Source: a virus (lineage: Duplodnaviria; Caudoviricetes). Taken from it: 61,785 nt of DNA. Position numbers and translations under genes: made by a program. The notes under the pieces were generated by a model. The model was not told where the DNA came from and searched no databases. It saw only the letters and a program-made list of their open reading frames with translations. Positions 38,460 to 46,430 of this stretch are shown here, in pieces; position 1 is the stretch's first letter, and every line of letters starts with the position of its first letter. The stretch covers positions 1-61,785 of the IMG/VR virus record IMGVR_UViG_3300027816_000110. One strand, given 5' to 3'.

Positions 38460-38516
38460 GGTTAATACGGCATCTTGTGAATGCCGTTTCGAATACTAAA
38501 TTCTCATCAGTTAACC
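38460..38516 (-). ncRNA. Type I hammerhead ribozyme 3
   Basis: GGUUAA-CUGAUGA-GAAU(uuagu)AUUC-GAAAC-GGCAU(ucacaag)AUGCC-GUA^UUAACC. Confidence 0.93.
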
Positions 38517-38629
38517 TAAATGTAAATCGGTGGAACGTGACCTGTTATGATTTGGTAGACGGCATATCCAATACCGAACAAAATACCAAATGCTAAACTG
38601 CTTGTCCAAACTGCAAATACTACTTTCAT
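38516..38629 (-). CDS. Small membrane protein (37 aa, MKVVFAVWTSSLAFGILFGIGY...)
   Basis: Translated by hand; one hydrophobic helix; first ORF of the early operon. Confidence 0.55.
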   Translation of the reverse strand: MKVVFAVWTSSLAFGILFGIGYAVYQIITGHVPPIYI

Positions 38630-38652
38630 GGCTATAAATTTAAATGGTTAGT

Positions 38653-38699
38653 GCCGTGCTGAGTTTCGCTCTCAGTTAATGACTCATAGTCAACACGGC
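38653..38699 (-). ncRNA. Mini tRNA-like three-way junction
   Basis: GCCGUG/CACGGC stem stacked on CUGAG-AGCGAAA-CUCAG arm, plus UGAC/GUCA hairpin. Confidence 0.5.
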
Positions 38700-39030
38700 T
38701 ATAATGTACCTTGCACCACACTTATATAGGTGGAATCGAACCACCACAAGGATATTATCTTTATCTGTAACCTACCATGCGTGAAATAGGAGTAGTCTTA
38801 ATTGCTTTTCAGCTTCCGCTTTTTTGATGTTATCGTAGGCGACGCATGTTCCAAGATGTCAAAGACCGATATTTATTAATCTAATTACTATTCATTGCCT
38901 ATAACACTTTAACCATTTCCCTTTCGGTGTTTATTATCGGTTTCATTTAGACTTTATGCACTAGGCTAGTCGCACCCTTATTTCCGTGTTGTTTTCTAGT
39001 AAGAAGTATTGTTGTTAGCTCGTTTGCTTA
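38700..39030 (-). ncRNA. Long structured early leader with T-arm and boxA-like element
   Basis: No ORF; ACCGAUA/UAUCGGU and CAUGCGU/ACGCAUG stems, GGUGG-UUCGAUU-CCACC, GUCUUUGACAU. Confidence 0.5.
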
Positions 39031-39059
39031 CATCAAAGTAACGGCAACTGATTGGATTA

Positions 39060-39600
39060 ATAACGATTTTTTTTTAGACGTTTTGAAAAATACGTGTTAA
39101 TACGTAGAAGAATCTAAGTGTTTATACGTAGTGACGACACCATTGGAGAAGGCTGTAATGACTGGCAAAGTCTTATTGGTATTGGGTTTGGGATCGATTT
39201 AGATTATTTTGCAGTAAATTCATTTGTGAAGTAAGATTACAAGACGGGGTAACCCCTCCCCTCCAATCAATCGAGCTGAAACGTAGAACGGACGGACGAT
39301 TGAACGATTGGTCGGTTGGTCTATTTAACATAATGCAAATTATAATACAAGTTTGTCGAGCGATTTTAAGGTAGGGGTAATTGGTCTCAGATAACAACAC
39401 ACCACCCCACCCCTGCGCACAAGCACACCCACCCCTACACACGTGCGCGTAGCGTACAGGTAGGCAGGTAGGTAGGTCGCTAGGCAAAAAGCCAAAAAGT
39501 CCGACCGAACTTTCCGAAATACATACCCCCCTATCGATTTGCCAGTCGTTTCGGTCGATCGGGCTGGCGCGCCAGATGGGGGTATTACCCAAAAATTCCG
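39060..39600. other. Non-coding strand-divergence region, candidate genome terminus/packaging region
   Basis: GC-rich low-complexity tracts and short repeats between divergent early and late blocks. Confidence 0.45.
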
Positions 39601-39608
39601 TATATTTG
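39601..39608 (+). promoter_or_regulatory. Bacteroidota -7 promoter element TATATTTG
   Basis: TAnnTTTG at the start of the rightward block. Confidence 0.6.
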
Positions 39609-39704
39609 CCATATGGTTAAAAAACACATCAAACGGAATAACACGATCAAGAAGAACTTAGATCGTATAAAAAATAATTCATTATCTTTACAAAAAATAA
39701 AGTC

Positions 39705-39947
39705 ATGCCAAACGATAAAAAAATAAAGACTGTTGAACGTACTACAGCAAATAAGTTTGTAGCTGTTCCTAATCCATTCAGACCTATCAAAAAAACTCCA
39801 TCAGGTCTACCTACAAAGTATTATAATGAAGTTCCAGTAAAAACTACAACAGTTACTAAGAACGGTGTTACAAAAACAAAAACAAACAGAAAAATTGATC
39901 CAGATATGCCTGGAGTTATAAATAATAAGAGGTGGAGGAAAGGATGA
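39705..39947 (+). CDS. Small basic hypothetical protein
   Basis: ORF with A-rich leader. Confidence 0.5.
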   Translation: MPNDKKIKTVERTTANKFVAVPNPFRPIKKTPSGLPTKYYNEVPVKTTTVTKNGVTKTKTNRKIDPDMPGVINNKRWRKG

Positions 39948-40078
39948 CAGTAATCCTACAGTTTAGTATGCCTTACGGCCTTAATGTTGGTTTTGAGTAT
40001 TACAAGGCTGAGGAAGGTTTAGACAATGAGTTTCATCTCAATTTGTTAATTTTTAAAATTATATTGTTATGGCATTAA
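39944..40078 (+). CDS. Small hypothetical protein (44 aa, MTVILQFSMPYG...)
   Basis: Translated by hand; ATGA overlap with the upstream gene. Confidence 0.45.
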   Translation: MTVILQFSMPYGLNVGFEYYKAEEGLDNEFHLNLLIFKIILLWH

Positions 40079-41289
40079 TGAGAACGGGTCGTAAAATGAT
40101 GATTGGTGACCCACCAAGTCTTCCTACTAGACGACAGGATGTTACTAAAGCAATGAGCGATCTACAGCAAGTAAAAATAAGTGGTCCTAAAGACGATCCA
40201 TTTGTTGGAACATTTGCCAGAAAGGGTGATATAGCTGAAACTTCAAAGAGAAACAAAATGGCTCAAGAGTCTTACAGTAAGGCATCTTCTGAGTACAAAC
40301 AAAAGTCTGAGGCTAAATCGTCTTACGACAAACAAAAAGCTGCATATGACGAATTCTTAAAAAGTAAACCGACAAGAAAAGCAAAAGGAACTCTTGAAGA
40401 TATGACTGAAGAGCAAGAGATGTCTGTTTATGGTAAGAAGGAGTTATCTGGATCAGAGTTAGAGAGCTTCTACAATGCTCCATCTAATAAGTCTTTTAAA
40501 CAAAGTCGCTTACCAAATGAGCGTATACTTGTGCATGATTACGAGGAGCAAAAAAAGACTGGATTTAAAGGTCCAATGAATGTAACAAGAATGTACAAGG
40601 ATCCAGGTGCTGATCCAGGTAGTCCAGGTAAAGCTCCAGAACAGCCTAAATTAGTTCAACCTAAAACAACTACAGTTGGAAGAATTAAAAAAGATGAAGT
40701 TGAATCATGGGCTTCACCTACAAGAACTAGGGGCGGAGGTAGTAAATTGATGACTCAAAAGATACCTGTTAAAAAATCAACATCTGAACGTCAAAAAGGC
40801 TACACATACGGCAAAGAGCGAAAAATGGCTGCTGCTTACTATGGTGCTATTGGTGATGTTCTAGGTGAGGAAGGAAGATATGCAACTAGTGGTGCTTTAG
40901 GAGACTTCCAAAAAACACGTAAGGAAGATATAAAAAGTTTGAAATCTGAAAAGAGAGCTTCTTCCGACGCGTCTGAAAAAAGGTCTATCAAAAAAGATAT
41001 TAAATCAAGCAGGAAAGATATCAGAGAAGCCAAACTAGCTCAGAAATACGTAGAGTCTTTACCTAACAAATATCAATCTTCTGCTGGTGTAGCAAAAGAT
41101 GATATACGTAGAAATGTAGAAAACGAAAAACTACCAGAAGGTAAAAACAAGCCAAAAAGAGTAGTTAGAACTTTTACTCCAGAATCTATGAAGGGATCTA
41201 CAGAACAATCAAGGCAATCAATGCTAACTGAAACTAAAAAAGTAAGAAATTTAGGCCCAACTAAACGAACAATGCCAAAAAATAGATAA
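40069..41289 (+). CDS. Lys/Arg-rich, likely disordered hypothetical protein
   Basis: 406-aa ORF followed by a terminator. Confidence 0.6.
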   Translation: MALMRTGRKMMIGDPPSLPTRRQDVTKAMSDLQQVKISGPKDDPFVGTFARKGDIAETSKRNKMAQESYSKASSEYKQKSEAKSSYDKQKAAYDEFLKSKPTRKAKGTLEDMTEEQEMSVYGKKELSGSELESFYNAPSNKSFKQSRLPNERILVHDYEEQKKTGFKGPMNVTRMYKDPGADPGSPGKAPEQPKLVQPKTTTVGRIKKDEVESWASPTRTRGGGSKLMTQKIPVKKSTSERQKGYTYGKERKMAAAYYGAIGDVLGEEGRYATSGALGDFQKTRKEDIKSLKSEKRASSDASEKRSIKKDIKSSRKDIREAKLAQKYVESLPNKYQSSAGVAKDDIRRNVENEKLPEGKNKPKRVVRTFTPESMKGSTEQSRQSMLTETKKVRNLGPTKRTMPKNR

Positions 41290-41293
41290 AATA

Positions 41294-41317
41294 GCCCTCC
41301 AATCGGAGGGTTTTTTT
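41294..41317 (+). terminator. Intrinsic terminator
   Basis: GCCCTCC-AATC-GGAGGGT followed by a T run. Confidence 0.85.
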
Positions 41318-41338
41318 GTTTTTGTCACGAAAATCTGC

Positions 41339-41346
41339 TATATTTG
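41339..41346 (+). promoter_or_regulatory. Bacteroidota -7 promoter element TATATTTG
   Basis: TAnnTTTG upstream of groEL. Confidence 0.65.
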
Positions 41347-41363
41347 TGACAAAATATAATAAA

Positions 41364-42932
41364 ATGGTAGTAAAACATGTTCATTTAGGCCAAGATGGCC
41401 AACAAAAGCTCAAGAAAGGCATCAAGACGATCGCTGGAGCAGTCAAAAGTACATTAGGTGCGCGAGGGCGCACAGTATTAATCGAGTCAGAGCACCATGT
41501 GGGTGGTATAACAGTGACAAAGGACGGTGTGACAGTCGCTAAGTCGATAAACCTGTTTGATCCAACTGAGAACTTGGCAGTAATAATGATGCGCCAGGCT
41601 GCCGAGAAGACGGCAACAGTTGCTGGTGATGGTACAACCACATCTATTGTGTTGGCTGAGGCTCTTATTAATTCTGCCGACATACATCTGTCAGATACAG
41701 ACAACGTGACTGAGGTGATAAGAGAGATAAACGACTTAACAAAGGACGTTGTTGCATGGCTTGACAAGAAGAGTAAAAAGGTTAAGGGTAAAAAGCTAGT
41801 TGACGTAGCCACAATAAGTGCAAATAACGACAGAGAGATCGGTAAGATGATCGCTAGTGCGTTTAATGAGGTTGACGTTGTTACTGTTGAGAACAGTATG
41901 ACAAGCAACACATATGTTGAGATAATAAAAGGTATGAAGATCGATCGTGGAATGACTTCTCCTTATTTCATTACGGACCAAAAGAAGCAAGAGTGTGTTC
42001 TTGACAATCCATATGTATTAATATGTGATCATGAGATTAATAACTTGATATCTATAGAGAACATACTAAAGCATTGTGTTGTAAACCAAAAACCACTACT
42101 AATTATTGGTACTTTGGGTCAAAACGCTATGAACACATTAAACCTAAACGTGGCTAAGGGCCAGATCAAGGCATGTAACATACAGCCACCATCGTTTGGG
42201 TACCGCACAAAAGACCTTATGGAGGATATAGCCATCGCAACAGGCGGTACGTTCTTCTCTGAGTCTACTGGTGATGACCTGTCGTTGATAACTGTAGCTG
42301 ACTTAGGTCGTGCCAACCGTATTGTCGTTAGTAAGGGCATGACAGTATTTATGCCAAACGCTGACAGAGCTGAGGATATTGATGGGCAGGTTAATCAACT
42401 AAAAGACTCTCGTTCTGAGATGTCATCTGATAAGGAGCTGCTTGATTTCACAAACGAGCGTATTGCAAACCTATCTGGCGGTGTTGGTGTTATATATGTT
42501 GGTGCACTTAGTGACATTGAGCAAAAGGAGAAGAGAGATCGTATTGACGACGCTGTGTGTGCTGTAACGGCCGCACTTGAGGAGGGTATACTTCCAGGTG
42601 GTGGTATAGCATTAGTTGACGCTGCTTCATCAACGCTACGTGGAGACAGTAAGGCTTGTAAGATAATGCGTGACACTGTCATCGCTCCATTTTATCAGAT
42701 ACTAGTTAACGCAGGTAAGGACCCAGAGGAGATAAAGGAAAACATGTTGCCAATAGAGAACGAGGGGTATGACGTTAAGAACGAGCAGTACGGAGACATG
42801 ATGAAGCTTGGTATTATAGATCCAGCTAAGGTTACTAAGAACGCACTGTTAAACGCAGTGTCTGTAGCGACTACAATAATGAGTACAAATGCAATAATAA
42901 CAAATGTAAGAGCAGATGAGAGTATTAAATAA
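41364..42932 (+). CDS. groEL: Phage chaperonin GroEL
   Basis: VKSTLGARG, TKDGVTVAK, AGDGTTT, EEGILPGGG, GIIDPAKVT; ATG 41364 preferred. Confidence 0.95.
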   Translation: MVVKHVHLGQDGQQKLKKGIKTIAGAVKSTLGARGRTVLIESEHHVGGITVTKDGVTVAKSINLFDPTENLAVIMMRQAAEKTATVAGDGTTTSIVLAEALINSADIHLSDTDNVTEVIREINDLTKDVVAWLDKKSKKVKGKKLVDVATISANNDREIGKMIASAFNEVDVVTVENSMTSNTYVEIIKGMKIDRGMTSPYFITDQKKQECVLDNPYVLICDHEINNLISIENILKHCVVNQKPLLIIGTLGQNAMNTLNLNVAKGQIKACNIQPPSFGYRTKDLMEDIAIATGGTFFSESTGDDLSLITVADLGRANRIVVSKGMTVFMPNADRAEDIDGQVNQLKDSRSEMSSDKELLDFTNERIANLSGGVGVIYVGALSDIEQKEKRDRIDDAVCAVTAALEEGILPGGGIALVDAASSTLRGDSKACKIMRDTVIAPFYQILVNAGKDPEEIKENMLPIENEGYDVKNEQYGDMMKLGIIDPAKVTKNALLNAVSVATTIMSTNAIITNVRADESIK

Positions 42933-43176
42933 ATTTTTATTAGTAAAGAGACAGCAAGAGAACAAAATGTCAACCACTGGGTTCATGTATGGTGCTGACG
43001 ATATGAAAGAAATACGGTATCAAAAGGGTACCGTTATTTCATTCGGTCAAAATGTAGCTGGTATAGAAGAGAACAGTGAGATACTATTCGACAAGGTTGC
43101 AGGTCATGATGTCTTAATAGATAACGAGCGATTGACCGTTATTCAAGAGAAGGACGTTGTTTGTGTTCTTCATTAA
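42916..43176 (+). CDS. groES: Co-chaperonin GroES-like
   Basis: 86 aa, KGTVISFG..V...ILFDK..G...IQEKDV; overlaps groEL. Confidence 0.8.
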   Translation: MRVLNKFLLVKRQQENKMSTTGFMYGADDMKEIRYQKGTVISFGQNVAGIEENSEILFDKVAGHDVLIDNERLTVIQEKDVVCVLH

Positions 43177-43636
43177 ATTTTAAAATAGCTTTAGCTAAAG
43201 TTCTTTGATGGAAAGGGGCGTTCTTACGGAACGCCTTATTTCTTCTTTCTGAAGTCGGTATCGGCTCTATTCCATTTAGTTTTCTATAGATACTATTAAT
43301 CATTTTCTTGCCCTTATGCGTAAGGTCAAATATCTCTGGGTTTCCCCATCCTCCCTTTCTCCATGTGTAGATAAATCCTCCGTCTATAAGTCTGTTTAGA
43401 AGTCTAGCATCCCATGCCATAAAGTTCGTTTGTTCTCTGATGATTGCCCTAGTAAATAATTTTTCTGAGTATAAAAAGAACATAAGTTCTAGTTCTGAGA
43501 AAGACTTTAATTCGTAATGCATCATTGCCCATCTTCTTACTACTGAGAAATGCCTTAGATAATTATCTTCGGTTACCCATCCTTGATATCTCTTAGGTCT
43601 ATACCTGAGATCTTTTCTTACAATCTTTCGTTTCAT
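43139..43636 (-). CDS. Winged-helix (MarR-like) DNA-binding protein
   Basis: ELELMFFL...LNRLIDGGFI...FDLTHKGK. Confidence 0.6.
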   Translation of the reverse strand: MKRKIVRKDLRYRPKRYQGWVTEDNYLRHFSVVRRWAMMHYELKSFSELELMFFLYSEKLFTRAIIREQTNFMAWDARLLNRLIDGGFIYTWRKGGWGNPEIFDLTHKGKKMINSIYRKLNGIEPIPTSERRNKAFRKNAPFHQRTLAKAILKFNEEHKQRPSLE

Positions 43637-43641
43637 TTTAT

Positions 43642-43649
43642 TATATTTG
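43642..43649 (+). promoter_or_regulatory. Bacteroidota -7 promoter element TATATTTG
   Basis: TAnnTTTG in a divergent intergenic gap. Confidence 0.6.
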
Positions 43650-43670
43650 TAAAAACAAAATTATGAAATT

Positions 43671-44081
43671 ATGAGAAACGTAAAATTGCAACCTAAAAAA
43701 CCTAAAAAAACAAATGGTTATACCGAAAAAACGAAGAAAGTATTAGAAAATGCTGGCATAAAATATAATTCACCTATTGAAGATGCAATTAATGCCGCTT
43801 CAAAAAAAGCAAAATCATACGACCAAAGTAAGCCGCATCCTAAATTCGACTTTGGAAGCAAGGGGACCTATATTGCTACTAAAGGCGGTAGGGTAGGAAG
43901 ACTTACTCCTTCTGGATATACATCTGTTGATACTTCTGGTTATAGCAAAGGTAAGTCTGAATTTGATTTAAAAGAATCTATAGGCAACTATAAACCAACT
44001 GAGCAAAAAATAAAAAGAGAAGAAGTTAAGCCAATGATAAACTCTTTTAAAAAAGGAGCTACTCGTAATTATAGAAAATAA
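43671..44081 (+). CDS. Basic hypothetical protein
   Basis: Lys-rich ORF. Confidence 0.55.
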   Translation: MRNVKLQPKKPKKTNGYTEKTKKVLENAGIKYNSPIEDAINAASKKAKSYDQSKPHPKFDFGSKGTYIATKGGRVGRLTPSGYTSVDTSGYSKGKSEFDLKESIGNYKPTEQKIKREEVKPMINSFKKGATRNYRK

Positions 44082-44094
44082 AAATAAAGAAAGT

Positions 44095-44361
44095 ATGAAA
44101 ACAGATAAGTACTGGGCATCAAACCCAAAGAAAAATGGTAGCTATGTTGATAAAGGTAGAGTAGAAGCTGCTAAATTTTCTGGTATGTCTAAAGTTTCAC
44201 AAAAAAAACAAGGAGTTGAAACTAAAAAAAACAGTATAAAAAATCCAAACAACAAAGAGTTCGTAAATGAGGTAGCATTTAACCTTGGGGTAGATCCTAG
44301 TAAGGTTACTCAAAAACAGTTTAACAGTAGATATAATCCTAGAAAAGTAAAAAAACAATGA
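44095..44361 (+). CDS. Basic hypothetical protein
   Basis: Lys-rich ORF. Confidence 0.55.
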   Translation: MKTDKYWASNPKKNGSYVDKGRVEAAKFSGMSKVSQKKQGVETKKNSIKNPNNKEFVNEVAFNLGVDPSKVTQKQFNSRYNPRKVKKQ

Positions 44362-44498
44362 AAAAGATCGTAGAAAAAAAGACTGGCGAAAAATACGCTA
44401 GCAAAGCAGCAAAGATGAAGCACGAAAAGTCTGAATCTAAGAAAGAGATGATTAAGGAGTACGGCATGAAGGCCGCTATGAAGAAGATGAAGAAATAA
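44358..44498 (+). CDS. Small Lys/Met-rich protein (46 aa, MKKIVEKKTGEKY...)
   Basis: Translated by hand; ATGA overlap. Confidence 0.55.
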   Translation: MKKIVEKKTGEKYASKAAKMKHEKSESKKEMIKEYGMKAAMKKMKK

Positions 44499-44499
44499 C

Positions 44500-44742
44500 A
44501 TGGCTATAGTTATTGCTGACGGTGAAAAGCACAGGATTTATAAAAAAACCAATAAAATAGGTAAAGGTAATCCAGGTGATATAATGGTAAACCATCCAAC
44601 AAAAGATAAAGGTAAATGGGATACTATTAATTTAACTAATGTAGCAAAAGTTAAAACTATTAAGCAAGGAATTGAAGCTACTAAAAAATGGCATAAAGAG
44701 CATCCATATGAAAGACCCAAGATTAGAAAGAGCAGGCGTTGA
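44500..44742 (+). CDS. Basic hypothetical protein
   Basis: VNHP..DKGKWDTINLT motif; operon. Confidence 0.55.
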   Translation: MAIVIADGEKHRIYKKTNKIGKGNPGDIMVNHPTKDKGKWDTINLTNVAKVKTIKQGIEATKKWHKEHPYERPKIRKSRR

Positions 44743-45010
44743 GGGATTTAATAAGCCCAAGCGAACTCCTAGCCATCCAACCAAAAGTCATATTGTTGTT
44801 GCTAAAGAAGGTGATCAGATCAAGACGATACGTTTTGGTCAGCAGGGAGTAAAGACCAACCAAACTGTAGGTCAACGTGAGGCTTTTAAAAGCCGTCACG
44901 CCAAGAATATCGCTAAGGGTAAGATGTCAGCAGCGTATTGGTCCGACAAGGAAAAATGGGCCCCATCAAAAACCGCATCACCTAGTAAGAAATGGATTAA
45001 AGGAAGTTAG
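44708..45010 (+). CDS. Conserved basic phage protein (DUF6321-like)
   Basis: KSHIVVAKEGDQIKTIRFGQQG..RH....SAAYW; family name recalled, not searched. Confidence 0.6.
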   Translation: MKDPRLERAGVEGFNKPKRTPSHPTKSHIVVAKEGDQIKTIRFGQQGVKTNQTVGQREAFKSRHAKNIAKGKMSAAYWSDKEKWAPSKTASPSKKWIKGS

Positions 45011-45012
45011 TT

Positions 45013-45522
45013 ATGGATAATTATGACAAAATACCATTCAAGAATAATGATATAGATTTCTTTGGTAAGAAAAGATATAAAAATTTTAAAGAGTCATTAC
45101 CTTCTAATCTTTCTCAGACTAATGAGAAGGAATATGCGATGAAGAGATATTGGAAAGACTCTGGGAAACCAAAAGATTTTAACGAAGCTCAAAATAGAGA
45201 TAATCCTATGTTTTATGAGGTATATCATCCAGAAGAAAACAAATATTTATTTCATGGCGTGAGTACAAGTGAAAAAACTGGAAAATTTTATAAACCAAAA
45301 AGACATGAATCAACATATAAAGAACTTGAAGAATATAAAAGTAATCCAGAATTACAAGATTTTAGAGATAAAACAAAGTTAGTATCTAGAGGAAAAAATT
45401 GGAAGTACAAAGAAAAAACAAATAGAGAATTAACTAATCCAAAAGTATCTGAAAGAGTAAATAAAAGAACTGAAAAAAATATAGAAAAAGGTATAAAGTT
45501 ATCTAAAAATGCAAACAGCTAA
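45013..45522 (+). CDS. Hypothetical protein
   Basis: 169-aa ORF. Confidence 0.55.
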   Translation: MDNYDKIPFKNNDIDFFGKKRYKNFKESLPSNLSQTNEKEYAMKRYWKDSGKPKDFNEAQNRDNPMFYEVYHPEENKYLFHGVSTSEKTGKFYKPKRHESTYKELEEYKSNPELQDFRDKTKLVSRGKNWKYKEKTNRELTNPKVSERVNKRTEKNIEKGIKLSKNANS

Positions 45523-45901
45523 AAAATCCAATCCAGCGTTATGGAGTCGAATTGTATCTAGCGTTAAGGCTGGTACAAAAGGCGGTGATGCAGGGTCTTG
45601 GTCAGCTCGCAAGGCACAATTGGCTGTTGCTAAGTATAAAGAATCTGGAGGCAAATACTCTGGTAAAAAGTCCGCTGACAACAACCTATCGAAATGGACA
45701 AAGCAAGAGTGGACCACAAAGAGTGGTAAGCCAAGCAAGGAGACAGGTGAGCGGTACTTGCCTAAGAAGGCCATTGCTGCGTTGACTAACGCAGAGTACG
45801 CTGCAACCACAAGAGCAAAACGTGAGGGCGGGGGTGTTGGATCCGTTGTGCCTCAACCTAAAAAAATAGCAAAGAAAACATCTAAATATGGGAAACAGTA
45901 A
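45509..45901 (+). CDS. Conserved basic phage protein (DUF5872-like)
   Basis: WSARKAQL...YK..GG.Y...LSKWTKQEW...ERYLP; family name recalled, not searched. Confidence 0.65.
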   Translation: MQTAKKSNPALWSRIVSSVKAGTKGGDAGSWSARKAQLAVAKYKESGGKYSGKKSADNNLSKWTKQEWTTKSGKPSKETGERYLPKKAIAALTNAEYAATTRAKREGGGVGSVVPQPKKIAKKTSKYGKQ

Positions 45902-46148
45902 GACATCAAAGTACTACGCATCCAATCCAAAGGCTGCTGAGAAACGCAGGGAGTATCAGAGAGAGCTTAACGCTACTACTGAGCAGAAGAAGTACAGAGC
46001 TGAACACACAAAGGAAAGAAGAAGCAGAGGTATTGACGGTAAGGGTGGTATGGATGTTAGTAAGAAAAAAAATGGTAAATTTGTACTTGAGAGTCCATCG
46101 ATCAATAGGGGTCGTAATGGAGCTAATGGTAAAAGCACAAAAAAATAA
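45888..46148 (+). CDS. Small basic protein, degenerate HNH-like
   Basis: GKGGMDVS.KKNG...ESPSINRGRNG; lacks the expected His. Confidence 0.45.
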   Translation: MGNSKTSKYYASNPKAAEKRREYQRELNATTEQKKYRAEHTKERRSRGIDGKGGMDVSKKKNGKFVLESPSINRGRNGANGKSTKK

Positions 46149-46151
46149 AAA

Positions 46152-46427
46152 ATGGCAAACTTAAAACTACAAACAAGCAGAGCTGCTGCTGTTACACCAA
46201 GTAATACTGTAAACATCCCATATCCTGGAGACGCTACAGCTTCACCTAACGAGGCAAGATGGCCTTGTGTATTATATGTAGGTACAGGTGGTATATTGCG
46301 TATTATGACAGCGGACGGTGATGACGTTACATTGCAAAATGTGCCAGACGGTTCATTCATTCCGATCCAGGTGATCAGAGTGTTTTCATCTACAACAACA
46401 GCTACTGACATTATTGCTCTTTGGTAA
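46152..46427 (+). CDS. Small beta-rich structural protein
   Basis: AVTPS, LYVGTGG, GSFIPIQV.RV...TTATDIIALW motif. Confidence 0.65.
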   Translation: MANLKLQTSRAAAVTPSNTVNIPYPGDATASPNEARWPCVLYVGTGGILRIMTADGDDVTLQNVPDGSFIPIQVIRVFSSTTTATDIIALW

Positions 46428-46430
46428 TTT

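Noticed and set aside
37684-38699. Repeated GGTTAA...TTAACC units as a CRISPR array or attC-like sites
   Set aside because: Spacing is irregular and gene-sized, there are no cas or integrase genes, and the hammerhead fold explains the conserved bases
39173-39627. ORFs 39173-39592 and 39340-39627
   Set aside because: They arise from GC-rich low-complexity non-coding DNA and have atypical composition
41316-41363. Extended TTG start of groEL
   Set aside because: Overlaps the terminator and promoter; ATG 41364 matches the GroEL N-terminus
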